Source: Chlorokybus atmophyticus (taxonomy: Eukaryota; Plantae; Mesostigma and Chlorokybus algae). From it: 64,000 nucleotides of DNA. Shown here one piece after another: positions 11,211 to 23,128 of this stretch. Under the pieces are notes generated by a model, which saw only the letters and a list, made by a program, of their open reading frames with translations, was not told the origin of the DNA and did no database searches. Numbering within the stretch: the first letter of the stretch is position 1; the number at the start of each line of letters is the position of its first letter. The stretch covers positions 1,154,916-1,218,915 of the forward strand of contig RHPI01001037.1 in the NCBI GenBank assembly GCA_009103225.1, read 5' to 3'. The position numbers were made by a program, and so were the translations under genes.

Positions 11211-14200
11211 TAGTGCGACAGGCGACAGCCTAGGTCAGTTGCGGTCGCTGCAGTATGGGTGAACACTGTAAGTAATCACACTAGGTAGAGCCACTTTAAC
11301 GTAGCACCTAGTTTATAACCACCACCATGGTGGGTTGTACCTAGCAATACATGGCAGTTGGGTTTCTGTTCGCAAGTGCTGAAGAAGGCCTGCACTCGTT
11401 GGTATAGCAATGCGCGCAATCGCCTATTTTGTGTGAAATGCAAGCAGGCCAGTCTCTCTGCAAGATCAACAATTAGGAATAGTCCCCTACGGGTACGTGG
11501 CTCAGCAAGGCATCTTTTGATCAGCAGCAACAACCATAACCTCTATGCGGGTATGGACACTTAGCTACGCTCATGATAAGAGTTTCAAGGTGCATCTTCA
11601 ATGGGGAGGATGCTTGTATGCACAATCAAGACGGACGATAACTTATGGTGTGCGATTGTAAAAACATATAGCATGCATATGGTATAGCAGTCGGGGCCAT
11701 TAGCACAAGTAGCACACAAGACCAACCATGCGTATCCATGTCATAAGTAAGGAGGCTGTATACAAGGCTGTGGCTTTAAAGTTGTCGAGGGATGGTTGAC
11801 TACCGGCTAGGGCTAGAAGGCATGTTGCACTGCACGGCTTTATGCAAATCTTGTTTATAAAGACTTGATGGCTTTTGCTCACACTGGAACTATCAGCCAG
11901 TAATGATGAAGTGTTTGTTGCATCGCCGAGCAACACACACACTGCAGAGGCACACAATCAACCCCAATTTGTTGCGTTAGCACACCACACAAGTCGGCAT
12001 ACTTATAAACGGGGTACATTAACTTTTCAATGATGCAATCAGGCACAGCTATGATGGTACCACGCAATCAATGCTTACAACCATGCATTAATACTCACAA
12101 TTCACATCTGCACGCATACATCACCCTCAAGCAACGTTTTAAAACACATGCCATATTGTACCCGGCTGTGTGCGTATAATTGACACGCTTCAAGCTCACG
12201 CGACACGTTGAAGCATGTGTCTTATTCAACGCAAAGAAACTCCATGATAAGTCACCCACCTCTGCATCCACGTTCACCTCTGCACCCTCCACCACTCCAA
12301 CAACACAATATAAACAATTTTCTAACCAATGGGCGATGTGTTGGACCTGCTGGTGGTACTACTGTATGGTCGTTGGTGTTGCACCCGTGTAGTGAAGGGT
12401 GTGGTTGCCTCTGCGCACCTGTAGCAAGAAGCACCTGATGAGAGCACATGTAGCAGAGTCACATGCGTGCATGCGTGCATGATGTGCGGCCCTCTCACCA
12501 TTCGTAATTATGTGCTGTGCTCACATGAGTTGGCTCAATGACACGACGCTGAGTTCTCAAATTGATCCTTCTTACCTGCTGTTACGGCTTACCATACGTT
12601 GCTTAAAGCCTCACCTTGCGCCAGCAATCATTCTGCATGCAGTGCACAACAAAACCCTTTCTCCCTTTACCACATTGTCACAACTTGCAACGTTTGCAAG
12701 AACGGTAAAACGTGTCAGACACGGGTTGCTTCCTTTCTTTTCATGCCCGACTGCGGCAACTTTTGCGTCACTACCACACTTGCATTGACAAAAACACGCA
12801 ATACGCTTATTGCGAAGCAAAGGCCACTAGCTCTAAAAATGCGTCATGCAACATTACAAACATGGCTGGTTGACCAATGCAACGAGGAGCATAATGTACG
12901 TAATGACAACACAAATGTGCCTCACCAAGATGGCGGGCTGTCATTGTCAGATGACTGGTCATTTGGTCCATGCGGACTGCGTGCAGCACGTTGAGCGCAA
13001 GGAAACATATGGCGTTGAACCGGGCATGGCATGTCGCGCAAATAAAAAGGGATACTTTTGATGCAACGTCAAATGAGCTTGTTATCATTTTCAACTCATT
13101 TCATAATTTATTGTAAACTTTGAGGCTTCCTACAGCTATTGAGTTATAACCGCATTACCTCCCGCGTATGCTAGCACGGTATGGTCCCCTGGTGCGCTTG
13201 GGCAAGAAAAAGCGACCATATTATAGGGGGTTTGAAAGGCCTGAACTCCCACATGAGCGAGGAGAAAAGGGGGTTGAGGGGGGTCCTTAGGTCGTAAGCG
13301 TTTTCGGCCGTTGTGTGTAAGTACTGGGCAGGCAGCTGCATGTCGACGATCGGCTTATTACCATCATCGGATCGTACCGGCGGCCCTCTTTGCCCAGCCA
13401 ACTCTGACGCCATGCCCAACTCGGTTGGGTTGTTAATAAGCCGTATGTATGAGTGTACCATGCTTTGTGTACATACTCCATGCAACCACAATCTGCGGCA
13501 AAGTCGCAGGAGACAACCAGCATGCGCTCAGCTAGTAACAGTGTTAAGAGCAGCGGTCAAGTGAGCTGCGTATGGGACTCAACGTAGCACGGATGAGGCG
13601 GTTCATAACCCGCTGCTACCCTAAAAAACCCAATTATAGAGGCGCAAGTGGACATGTGCTTAACAACATCCTGGCAGGATGAGGCAAAGCCATTCACAGC
13701 AGCAGTAGATCGCAGGTTAACAGCATCGAAAGGCAAACAACTCAATACAACCAGAAAGAACCCAAGCCTCTTGTTGGCGGGCTTATTCCAGCACTCACCT
13801 GCTGTCGCCTTGCAAGGATGGACTTGGCGACAGCAACTGGGCCCGTGTTCGTTCTGTCTTCCTCCAGCTGGTCATGCAACATCAACTCACGCCATGCACA
13901 GCTGTGAGCACAGTTGGTATTTGTGGAAGCAGCTGCTAGGATCCGCTATGTCCGTCCCCCAGCTGATTGCATGCTGTGAGTTTGCATGATTGGCAACCAT
14001 GGGCACGCGCACGCACGCACATATGCATTACATGGTGTGAACCTGCTTGCTATGCAGTCTGCCAGTGATATTTTTGATGTTAGCTGACTGAGCCAGCCTT
14101 ATTGTCTGTCAATGCTGCTAGCGCTTAGCTGATAGGTACGCCTGACAATGATGTAGACAAAGCACTCTTGAAAGTAAGTTCCTTGTATAGAGTTCTACAA

Positions 14201-15524
14201 TCAGAACAGCACAAGCGCCAGAGCAGCAGCAAGCACAGCAGTGAAGAGAGCTGCCAAAAGGTTAACCACATCATTGCTGAGGATGTCGCTGCCCGATTCT
14301 CGCAACACTGTTGGACCAGGCTTGTTTACCACCTGATCAATGCACAGCGTGTCAACACCCGTGAGCTAGAAACAGTCTATATGCATGCCTGCACACACCA
14401 TCCACACACCCCGCACACCTTGCCTACATCCACACCTACCCTCTTGCGCACTTGGCAGTAGCCGCTGTACTGTAAGGTGGCGCCGAGGATAGAGTCTGTG
14501 AGGGATCCTATGGCTCCCAGCAGTGTGGTCAGCGGCACAACGCGCCACTGATGAGCAGGGTAATTGTGTTGATGCTGACTGTGAGCCATGAAGTGGTGCG
14601 ACAGCAGCCAATGCAAGTAGTACGTGCAACCAATGAAGAGCCCTCCAGCTGCAGACGCCATCAAGCCCCGTGGTGTCACGCCACCATTGGTACCCGTGCG
14701 AACCTTCTGCACTGCGCATAGAAGTACTGGCATCTTTATGCGCTAAATGCAAGATCAGTCTACGCGACCGCTGTGCAAGACTCTGCGATGCGCTACATAC
14801 TGCTTTGTCGTGTAATGATCAAGGCAACAGTGTCAGAAACAAGTGAGCTTCATGTTGCAACGTAAGCGTACACATTGGTGGGTAACAAGCATGCACCTTG
14901 AGGTTGGTGACGAGTCTGGGTTGCTGCTCGCTGAGAACGCCCAGCTCAGACGCCCACGTGTCGGCGCAGCAGCAAGCAAAGTACCCCACAAATGCCGCGA
15001 GCAGGGCCGTCGCTGCCGGATCAAACTTGGCATCAAACACAACCTCCCCTCCATCCCAGCCTCTCATCAATGTCGCTGCCGCCGCGCATAATGTTGCCGG
15101 CAAGGAGTTTGCACACACCTGAACCCTGCAGACGTACTTTCGCTCACAGACTTGATGACAGCCAACTCCTTACATGATAGCAACCAACAAGTACCAGTTG
15201 CGCTGTCCTCCTTCCTTGAAGTCTGCTTCAACGGCGTGTTTGACAGCCGCCCCATACTTCGTCAAGCGTGATGAGCTATAGTAGAAGGCAAAGAGCACGA
15301 GGAAGTATCGCATGCCGCACGCCTATTTACAACAGGTCAGTGACACTGACTGATTCACATCAATTGAAACTTAACAAATGAGCGCTCACCATTGTGACGA
15401 AGCCGATGAGCATTGCTGCGGCTGCTCCGGAAGGTGAAAGGGAGCGTTTTCGCAGGCCATGTGAGCCGAGCAAACCCGCGGTGGCAGCGCATAACCCCAG
15501 CCATGATGCATTTGACACCAACAT
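14201..15524 (-). CDS. TMEM19: TMEM19/PGR-like (DUF92) multi-pass membrane protein
   Basis: GLRKRSLSPSGAAAA, KEGGQRNW|QVCANS, YFACCCADTWASELG, VRTGTNGGVT, GSLTDSILGATLQYSG and the terminal DILSNDVVNLLAALFT...LF* (stop 14201-14203). Confidence 0.92.
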
Positions 15525-16296
15525 GCTTGTGTTCCACTGTGCCGGCCTATATAGTAGGTGTATGCTTATCACGTTCTGCTTGAGCCAGCACTGAGTTGCT
15601 GAACATGCTGATGGACATGCTTTAGACAATCATGTCAGTATAGTTGAGCTGTCTGCGGTGCTGGTTGATGAAGTCGTTGATGTGCTACAAGACCACGTGT
15701 GTTATGTAATTGCGGAAAATACACTGCGCAACATATTCACTCTCACAAGGAGGTCAAAAAGCACTTATGTGGCGCATGCGCTTAATCGCGGATGATTGCG
15801 TTGACGCGATAGCTGAGAAAGCACATGATCATGCTGACTTGCAACTGCAATTGGGTGCAGTTGCACTTCAGCATGCTATGTGGCCTTGTTCATGGTTTGA
15901 GCAGCAAGCTCAGCAAACGCCTGTTTCAAGCAACTTGGTTATGCAGCAACATTCGGGACAAGAATACCTACCAATTCACTATGTTGGTAAGGCAAGCTCC
16001 TGGCTGGTACGACGCTCCACGTCACAGCTTGACCAGCATGGGAGTTGGTAGGAAAAGGCTGCTCCAACGCCACCACCTCCACTCGTTCCTCCTGCGCCCG
16101 TGTCCTCTAACCCCTCCACCTCTGGCAGGGTCCTACTCCTTTCCCTACTCCTACTCCGCCGCCGCCGCAGCAGCAGCCGTCGTGGCCTATCACCCGCAGC
16201 TTACGTGCATGCCACAGTGGTTGTTTTTTTGTTGGCTTGGGCTCTGATAGCAGCGTGGCGGAAGCGGAGGCGGTGTGCCTGACGAGGCAGTGGGGG

Positions 16297-17453
16297 ATGG
16301 CGGCTGGAGGGGCGTTCGGGGGTTCGCGGGGCTTGCAGCCGCAGGCGCCGGAGAAGGGCGTCTTCCCGCTCGACCACTTCGCCGAGTGCAAGAAGGTCCG
16401 TGCATGTCTGGCGCAAGGCTGTTGCCGTTTACACCACTCCAGCTTGCGCCATGCCACTTCACCGGTGTTGCCAGTTCAGAGCTGTATGCTGCAGCATCCG
16501 CTAGGCCTACGTTCTGCTTGTAGTCGTTCAAGTGTTGTCCAAAGCCTGTAAACGCTATAACAGCGGTGCAAACACCACACGTCAACTATTGCAAGGATAA
16601 TAGGCGTGAATTGGCGTGTATGAGCACATTTCCCAGGCAGGACAGCTTGTGCAGTGAAGCGAGTTTGTGCACTGCCACTGCGCAGATTGTGTAGCACCAG
16701 CAAGTCCCTGACACTCTACTGGAAGATGTCCAAGGGTAAGCTCATGTTCACACAGTGGGAGGCTACAAAGTACGCTGTCTGCACCCGTTCAACAAGCATC
16801 TTTTTGATATTTGCGCTCACCGCGCACAGTGACGTTTGTCAAGTTTAGAAAACAACTCTCACATCAGTTGAAGAGTTTGCGAACAGCTGCGATAGTGCAT
16901 AGCCTTACTGACCACTAGTAGCGCGTCATTGTTCTGCTATAGTGCATGCTTTCATGCTGGTTGGCGGGGTGGCCAATTTCGCCGTGCACAACATGTTATG
17001 TTCCAACGCTGTCAACCTTGTATCCGCTTGCATCCGGTGAGGCCGATTTTCCCCGCCTCAACACATCTCTTCTCATCGAGGGTGCTATTGTTCCCTTTGC
17101 TGACACTCACAAGCGCAGTGCAGGAGATGACCGAGTACATGGAGTGCCTGCGCACGAACCAGGGCGCCAGCCAGAAGTGCAGGGATCTGTCAAAGTTATA
17201 CCTGCAGTGCCGCATGGACAGGTGACACACGAGGAGCCTTCAGTTAAGACTCTATTGTTTGTTGCTGTTTGTCACAAACTTCAATGTGATTAGGAACCTT
17301 ATGGCGAGGCAAGATCTTGCCGACTTAGGCTTCAGAGAGCAGGCGAAAGGGGTTGAGGAGGAAGATTTGCAGTCTGGCGTGGCGCGGCGGCGCGCGCAGG
17401 GCGGTTTTGTGGCGGGCGTGCGGCGGAAGAAACCAGGGGGAGAAGACACGTGA
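16297..17453 (+). CDS. COX19: Cytochrome c oxidase assembly protein COX19 (twin CX9C)
   Basis: Three exons: ..APEKGVFPLDHFAECKK | EMTEYMECLRTNQGASQKCRDLSKLYLQCRMDR | NLMARQDLADLGF..*. The PEKG.FPLDH..EC and YL.CRM...LM...DL..LGF motifs are COX19 signatures. Confidence 0.95.
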
Positions 17454-19080
17454 GGTTTAATATGAATGCCGGAAATTCATGCCATGAGGTTATGGTGCAC
17501 CCAGCAGAGCGTTGAGCTGGCGCTACATTGTAACGCCATGTACTGTGAGCTTCTGCCGCCAACAACCGTGTTGGCATCGCTATTGTAACATGCCGTATGA
17601 CGCAGCTATAGGACTGCATGGGTTCAAGAACACCATTTTTGTATGTAAGGTATGGTTTTGTAATTCTGTATATTGCCATTGCTACATGTGATGACAGTTA
17701 CTATATCGTACCTTAGCACTGCACATAAGTCTGGAAGGCCAATGCACTGGGTGCGCCACACACGCTGCATGCGGTGCAGGCCATAAGCCTCAGTGAACAG
17801 TAGGGTGTGCGTTGGCGGTGAGTGGCCTACACAGCTGCTTGTGGGCCGTAGCTAGGCGTTCCCTCTTAGCGCTGTGCGGTGTAAAGTGGAGTCCTCTCCT
17901 TCTCAGGCTCGGGTCAGGTGCCTGCCTTGTCCACATTGTAATTGTCACGCTTCAGCGCCAAGGTTACACAGCCATGTGGCTCAAATCCAAGACCAGACTG
18001 CAGTGGGAGCTGTACAGCCTGCGACTGGGGTCAACATCGGCCGTGCGGCAGAAGGAAACTCTACAAGTGATGACGCTGGTTACCTGCAGACTGCTTACGA
18101 CTCCACTGTCACACGCTTCTTGTGGTCGGTGCTCTCAAATCCACTCTCGCTTACTCAGCTCCCCGCAACCTTCCACACAAGCTATGCCGCAGCCTTCTAC
18201 ACCATCATGGTGTTTGGTGCCTTCACCTTCGCTATCACGACCTTAATCTTTAGGCTTGCTGCCACAAGGTTGGAGTCCATCAATAACGACAAAGTCACGG
18301 CTCTTACAAGACTTTGCGCCTGATCTACATTGCTCTCGCTTCCATTCACAGCTGTAAGTTTTGGGTTTATTTTCACTTCATCAGACGAGAAGACATTCTA
18401 CACTTAACGGTTATAATGTGCCGCTTTGTGGCTGGCATCCTCCTCCTTGTCGTTTTGGGTTCTGCTGGCTAGTCAACTTCAATGACGCACTAAAAGGTCC
18501 TCGCCCCATCAAGCAAACTTGGCAAGAAAGGGCAACCACTGACGGTCCAGGCACTCAGCAAATGGAGGCCACCACGATTGTCACAGAGCAAGCCGCGTCA
18601 GATATGGTGGGCGCAAGTGTCACAGAAGAAAACGCTCAAAGCAGAGGTATGCCGGCTCCGGATCCCACATACCGCTATGTCACTTTCCCCGCGCCATCCT
18701 CTGTTGGGCCGCACAACACATGGCGGGCAGCTTTGAGACAACCAAGCACGCTGTTGCATGGCTGTGTTGTACATAGCTCTGGGGTGCATACTGCATAGCT
18801 CAGATTTGATAATCACATCAAATGCTAAGAATGTGGTGCGCACACACGGATGCTTATTACACATTCTGCCTGTATCTTTTAGTCTACAGGCTATATAGAA
18901 ACTCTCTTAGTTGCTTGGTCAAGTGGCAGGAAGTTGCTGTCACCAATGCGTCACCTAGCGAAAGCATTACTATTGCCTGTTTTGGCGCGGCGAATGGTAT
19001 GCAAATAGATTGGTACACTACAAGTTCTCTCCAGTTACATGTCCCTACCTACATGCAGAGCTCCCCCCCTCCCTCCCCCC

Positions 19081-19346
19081 NNNNNNNNNNNNNNNNNNNN
19101 NNNNNNNNNNNNNNNNNNNNNNNNNNNNNNNNNNNNNNNNNNNNNNNNNNNNNNNNNNNNNNNNNNNNNNNNNNNNNNNNNNNNNNNNNNNNNNNNNNNN
19201 NNNNNNNNNNNNNNNNNNNNNNNNNNNNNNNNNNNNNNNNNNNNNNNNNNNNNNNNNNNNNNNNNNNNNNNNNNNNNNNNNNNNNNNNNNNNNNNNNNNN
19301 NNNNNNNNNNNNNNNNNNNNNNNNNNNNNNNNNNNNNNNNNNNNNN
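19081..19346. other. Assembly gap (N run) after a poly-C/CCCT tract
   Basis: N run. Confidence 0.99.
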
Positions 19347-19832
19347 AGCTAGACCATGGTTATACTATATGTCCTGCAATGATGCGGTCCATGGGAAGTT
19401 TACCTTGCAATGTGGCATGCAAGGCAACCATGCAGGTATTCATGGCTGACTGAGTCTAGGCTACGTGTCCTACCATGTGCACCTGTTACAGCATTGTTGT
19501 GGAGCCTTCTCCATGCGCTGCACATGGGTCACTGACGCAGGATGTGGTCTACATGTACTAATTGACATGAACTTTTCGCCCTCAAGTGCAAGTTGTGAGC
19601 TGCAAGGGCAGTCGGTACTGAGCCAGTGGCAACGGCTAAGACCAAGCAGTGTCATGCAAGCCAGCAGCGATGCGTGCTGTACTGTATGTGCATACAATTG
19701 GACTCACCACATTTGCACCGACTGTGTGTACTAACACAAGCATAGCAGGCTTCCAAAACAAGCGCTCACCTAATGTATGGTCTTGAAGACGAGAAGGGAG
19801 CATACGTGGTGCTCATGGGCGAGAGATGATCA

Positions 19833-20991
19833 TCAATTCCGTTCTTTCCTTTGATACAAGTGATCCAATATAAACTCAAGCTCGCCCAGTGGCAGCACGC
19901 TGGCATTGTCCTCAGTGATGTCCTCCATGACCTCGTCTCCCTGACCAAAGCATGCTTCAGCACAGTGCAAACAATGTGGGTTGGACATGACACATACAAC
20001 CACACAGTGATGCTGTGTTTCAATCACCTGTCCCCAAAACTTGCTCCGTTTGTACACCTTCAGGTCACCTTCGCAACGCACCTGTTGAGTCGTGCTTAGC
20101 AGTAGCTTAACTTGACAGTGTAGTGCAAGGAGTGACTGCATTGTTCAGCAAACTGAAGCAAGCAGCAGTTCTGACACCTGGCATGCGAGGCGCAGGCGCG
20201 CATTGTTAGGAGGCGAGTGCGGTGGTAGCGACAGCCGGGCTCGCTCTATGGGACCTCGCTCTGAGAGCGACACAGGTCCCAACACCTCCACCGCACATGT
20301 GCCGCATGTGCCAAGACCCCTGATAGTGTTGATCATGTTGGTAGAAGTATGGGCAAAAGAGACGCGCTTGCTAGGATAGTGTGGCGACTGCGTCAACTTT
20401 GCTGCCATGGTGTATGTGCAACTGAAGGAAATCAGAACAAGGAATCGAGCAAGCACAGGTATACACTGTGCATGGTCAGTGTGTGCACCAAGAGGAGAGG
20501 AGCCTTAAAAGGCAAACCAAGCAAGCAAGCTTGTTATCAAAGGCGTGCCCTGACAGAATGATGGTAGCATATGTGCACTGTGTAACAAAATCTGCGCGTG
20601 GCTCCTTGCACCTTGCATGCAGGTTCCATCACTCTCCACAAGGTTAACACATTCCACTACACATGAACAGCATGTGTGACTCACCGGCCAGCTCTGCTCA
20701 CCTGCAGTTGATGGTCTGCGCTGCGCCATTATGCGGCGACAGGCCAGCTTTCAGCAGGGCGGTGCGCAGCAGCTCCCCTCGGGCGGCGGCGGCTTGCCTG
20801 CCACGGTACTCTATCGTCAAGTCAGCTTCCTCCTTCGCCTCCTGCTGCGGCTGCTGAGCACCCTGCCCTCTGCCGCCGCCGATGACGGCGCTTACACCGA
20901 CGCTGCGCTGAGCGCAAGCAGTCGCGCCACGCCTGCCGCAGGCGGAGGCTGCACCTGATAACAGGGAGGCGGCAGTGAAGGCGAGAGACAT
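19833..20991 (-). CDS. Plastid-type 2Fe-2S ferredoxin-like protein (cyanobacterial-like family)
   Basis: A transit-peptide-like N-terminus is followed by GELLRTALL, INCR|GLGTCGTCAVEV, RLSLPPH, RLRLACQ|VRCEGDLKV..FWGQ|G. This provides four Cys ligands (C-x4-C-x2-C ... C). Confidence 0.88.
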
Positions 20992-21997
20992 TGTTGCACG
21001 TAGCTTGCAACTGGGCCTGCGCACTTGCTTGGAACTCCAGTAAATGCTTGCACAACACCAGATTGCGCGTTAAGGGCTGTGAGCGATCATGTGCTAGGTT
21101 GCTTGCCGTTGCTGCTTGGCTGCTGGTAATCTCATGGATTTGTGTGTATAGGAGATTGCACGTGATGTATGTGTGTGTGTGTGCTTGTTGACAAATGCAT
21201 TTTGGCCCCTTTCTCTACACTACCCTGTGTGTTGAGCAATCCAGTGCTTAGCACACCTATCTGTTGTGTGAAATGCAGGCTCCGTTTTGGCTGAGAGCTT
21301 TACGACCACTGTGGCACAGCTTATTCTTCAAGGCATGGCAACCTGTACGCGTACGACCAGATCTGCAACTACAGGTCGCATTGAAGTCGACTCTACTAAT
21401 ACCTTGTGTACTTCATGGCACATGGCTGTCACCAGTGCGTCAACTTCCACAAACACACCGCATTGCATTCTATGCCACACATCACTTGTACTGATTACAA
21501 ATTTCAAGTGATTAGTCACTTCTATCATTGCCAAGTAACACAGCCAACAACAACAATGCACATGTTGGCTTCAACAACATTCACCAGTGAAAGTGAAACG
21601 CAACGCCACCATCTACAACCACCACCACAAATCACATGGACTGAGTTGCTACAGCGCTGCATGCCACCTGGCAGACTCTCAATAAACCTGGTGTAGCTGG
21701 AAACCGGTAAAACCTGACCCATGGAACAGCTGCAGACGATGCACAACAGTACTGAACAGCTACTGCAACAATGCAAACGACGATGCCGACACCAAGCGCC
21801 CCGCGTAACTGGTGCAATCAACCACGCCCATGCAGCGTGCTGTTCGGGTCCGGTGAATTGCAACAGCGGGCAACCACTTGCCAAAAGGTTGGAGACCAAA
21901 AGAACCGTGTGAGCAGCTTGCGTAAAGAGACAGCCTTACATTTACACCAGACAAGCAAGCAAGCACAGAATAGTCAACAGTGCAACTAGCCTGCCCT

Positions 21998-22739
21998 CTA
22001 TTCGTCTTCCTGGCTGCGCAAGCGCGCATTGCGGTTTGTGACCAGAACGTTCAGCTGCTGAGCGCGCTCCACAATTGCTTTCCGCTTGAGGGTGGACACG
22101 TTGTGCGCGATCTCCGCGCAGTATGTGCTGCACAACCATGCAAGTGTCATGAAGCATCCACGCCAGAAAATGCCAACCTGGTATGCAATTGCTACAACAT
22201 GTGAACTGAACGACTATGCTCCTGAGGAACTCAACGACTCATGCATAGCTGATGCATAGCTTGATGCTGACTGTAAATGTCAAAATTTGCGATCATGTGA
22301 GCGACGGATGCTGCACATACCGGTTGTGCATCAACAGCAGCTCGAGATCCTTCACGTTGGAGACGCTAAACTTCTTAAAGCCGTTGGGGAGGAGGTGCCT
22401 GGTCTTCTTGTTGCTGCCATAACCAATATTCGGCATAACACCGGCACCCTTGAACTTGCGCCGAAGACGGTTATCAATACCCTTCGGCCTGCGCCATGAA
22501 ACCTGCAGGCACGAGGGATAAATTAGACGATGGTCGCACCCACAACCACGAACACAACAGCAAACAATACCAGACAGATCAGACGCAGCACAGAGACCAC
22601 GACTACTTCTCAGTCCGCTAGCGCCAGTCCATCCACCCCAACCCACCTTGATGGTGCCAGCCTTCTTGTCAAACTGGAAGCGGCGGAACTTCTTCACCCG
22701 CTTCTTCACAATGGTGTGGCGCACCGCCGGCGTCACCAT
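21998..22739 (-). CDS. RPL32: 60S ribosomal protein L32 (eL32)
   Basis: [51 protein letters not shown]|[37 protein letters not shown] across three exons. Confidence 0.97.
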
Positions 22740-22852
22740 CTTGCCCCGCTCTTCCCGGACGTCCGCGCCTCCCTACGCCGCAGCGGCGGCGGCAGCGAAA
22801 AGGACCTACGCAGTGGAACCCGCCACCTATGAGGCCGCCGGCGGCGCTGCGG

Positions 22853-22973
22853 AACCCTAATCCGGTGATATAAGAGTCCTGCCGATATCGGGAAGTTGAA
22901 GATTGTCCTGCGATATCAATAGAGCAACGTTATGTCTACGTCTTTCATGATATCGGCATGAACTTAGGGCTTT
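22853..22973. promoter_or_regulatory. Bidirectional promoter between RPL32 and SF3A1 with telo-box-like motifs and three GATATC palindromes
   Basis: AACCCTAA at 22853-22860 and TTAGGGCTTT at 22964-22973 in opposite orientations. GATATC at 22884, 22912 and 22949. Lies between two divergent genes. Confidence 0.45.
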
Positions 22974-23128
22974 GTTAGGTTGGAGCATTGTGTATGGCGC
23001 GTAGGTGTTGGCGGACGCCGCCGCCGCCACCACCACCGCCGCCGTCCATCAGGAGGACGTGGTAGACAACAGGGACGTCCAAGAGTGTGTGCATAATTTT
23101 GTACAGCATCTGTTTGTCAGGTGCGAGG

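Noticed and set aside
11600-13990. ORFs between NTMC2T5 and TMEM19
   Set aside because: No coherent splice pattern or family motif, so left as intergenic; a degraded element cannot be excluded.
18822-19453. ORFs spanning N runs (also 44203-44702 and 47289-47790)
   Set aside because: Artefacts of ambiguous bases.
22131-22308. Intronic snoRNA in RPL32
   Set aside because: No convincing C box/D box pair with a terminal stem, and no H/ACA hairpins.
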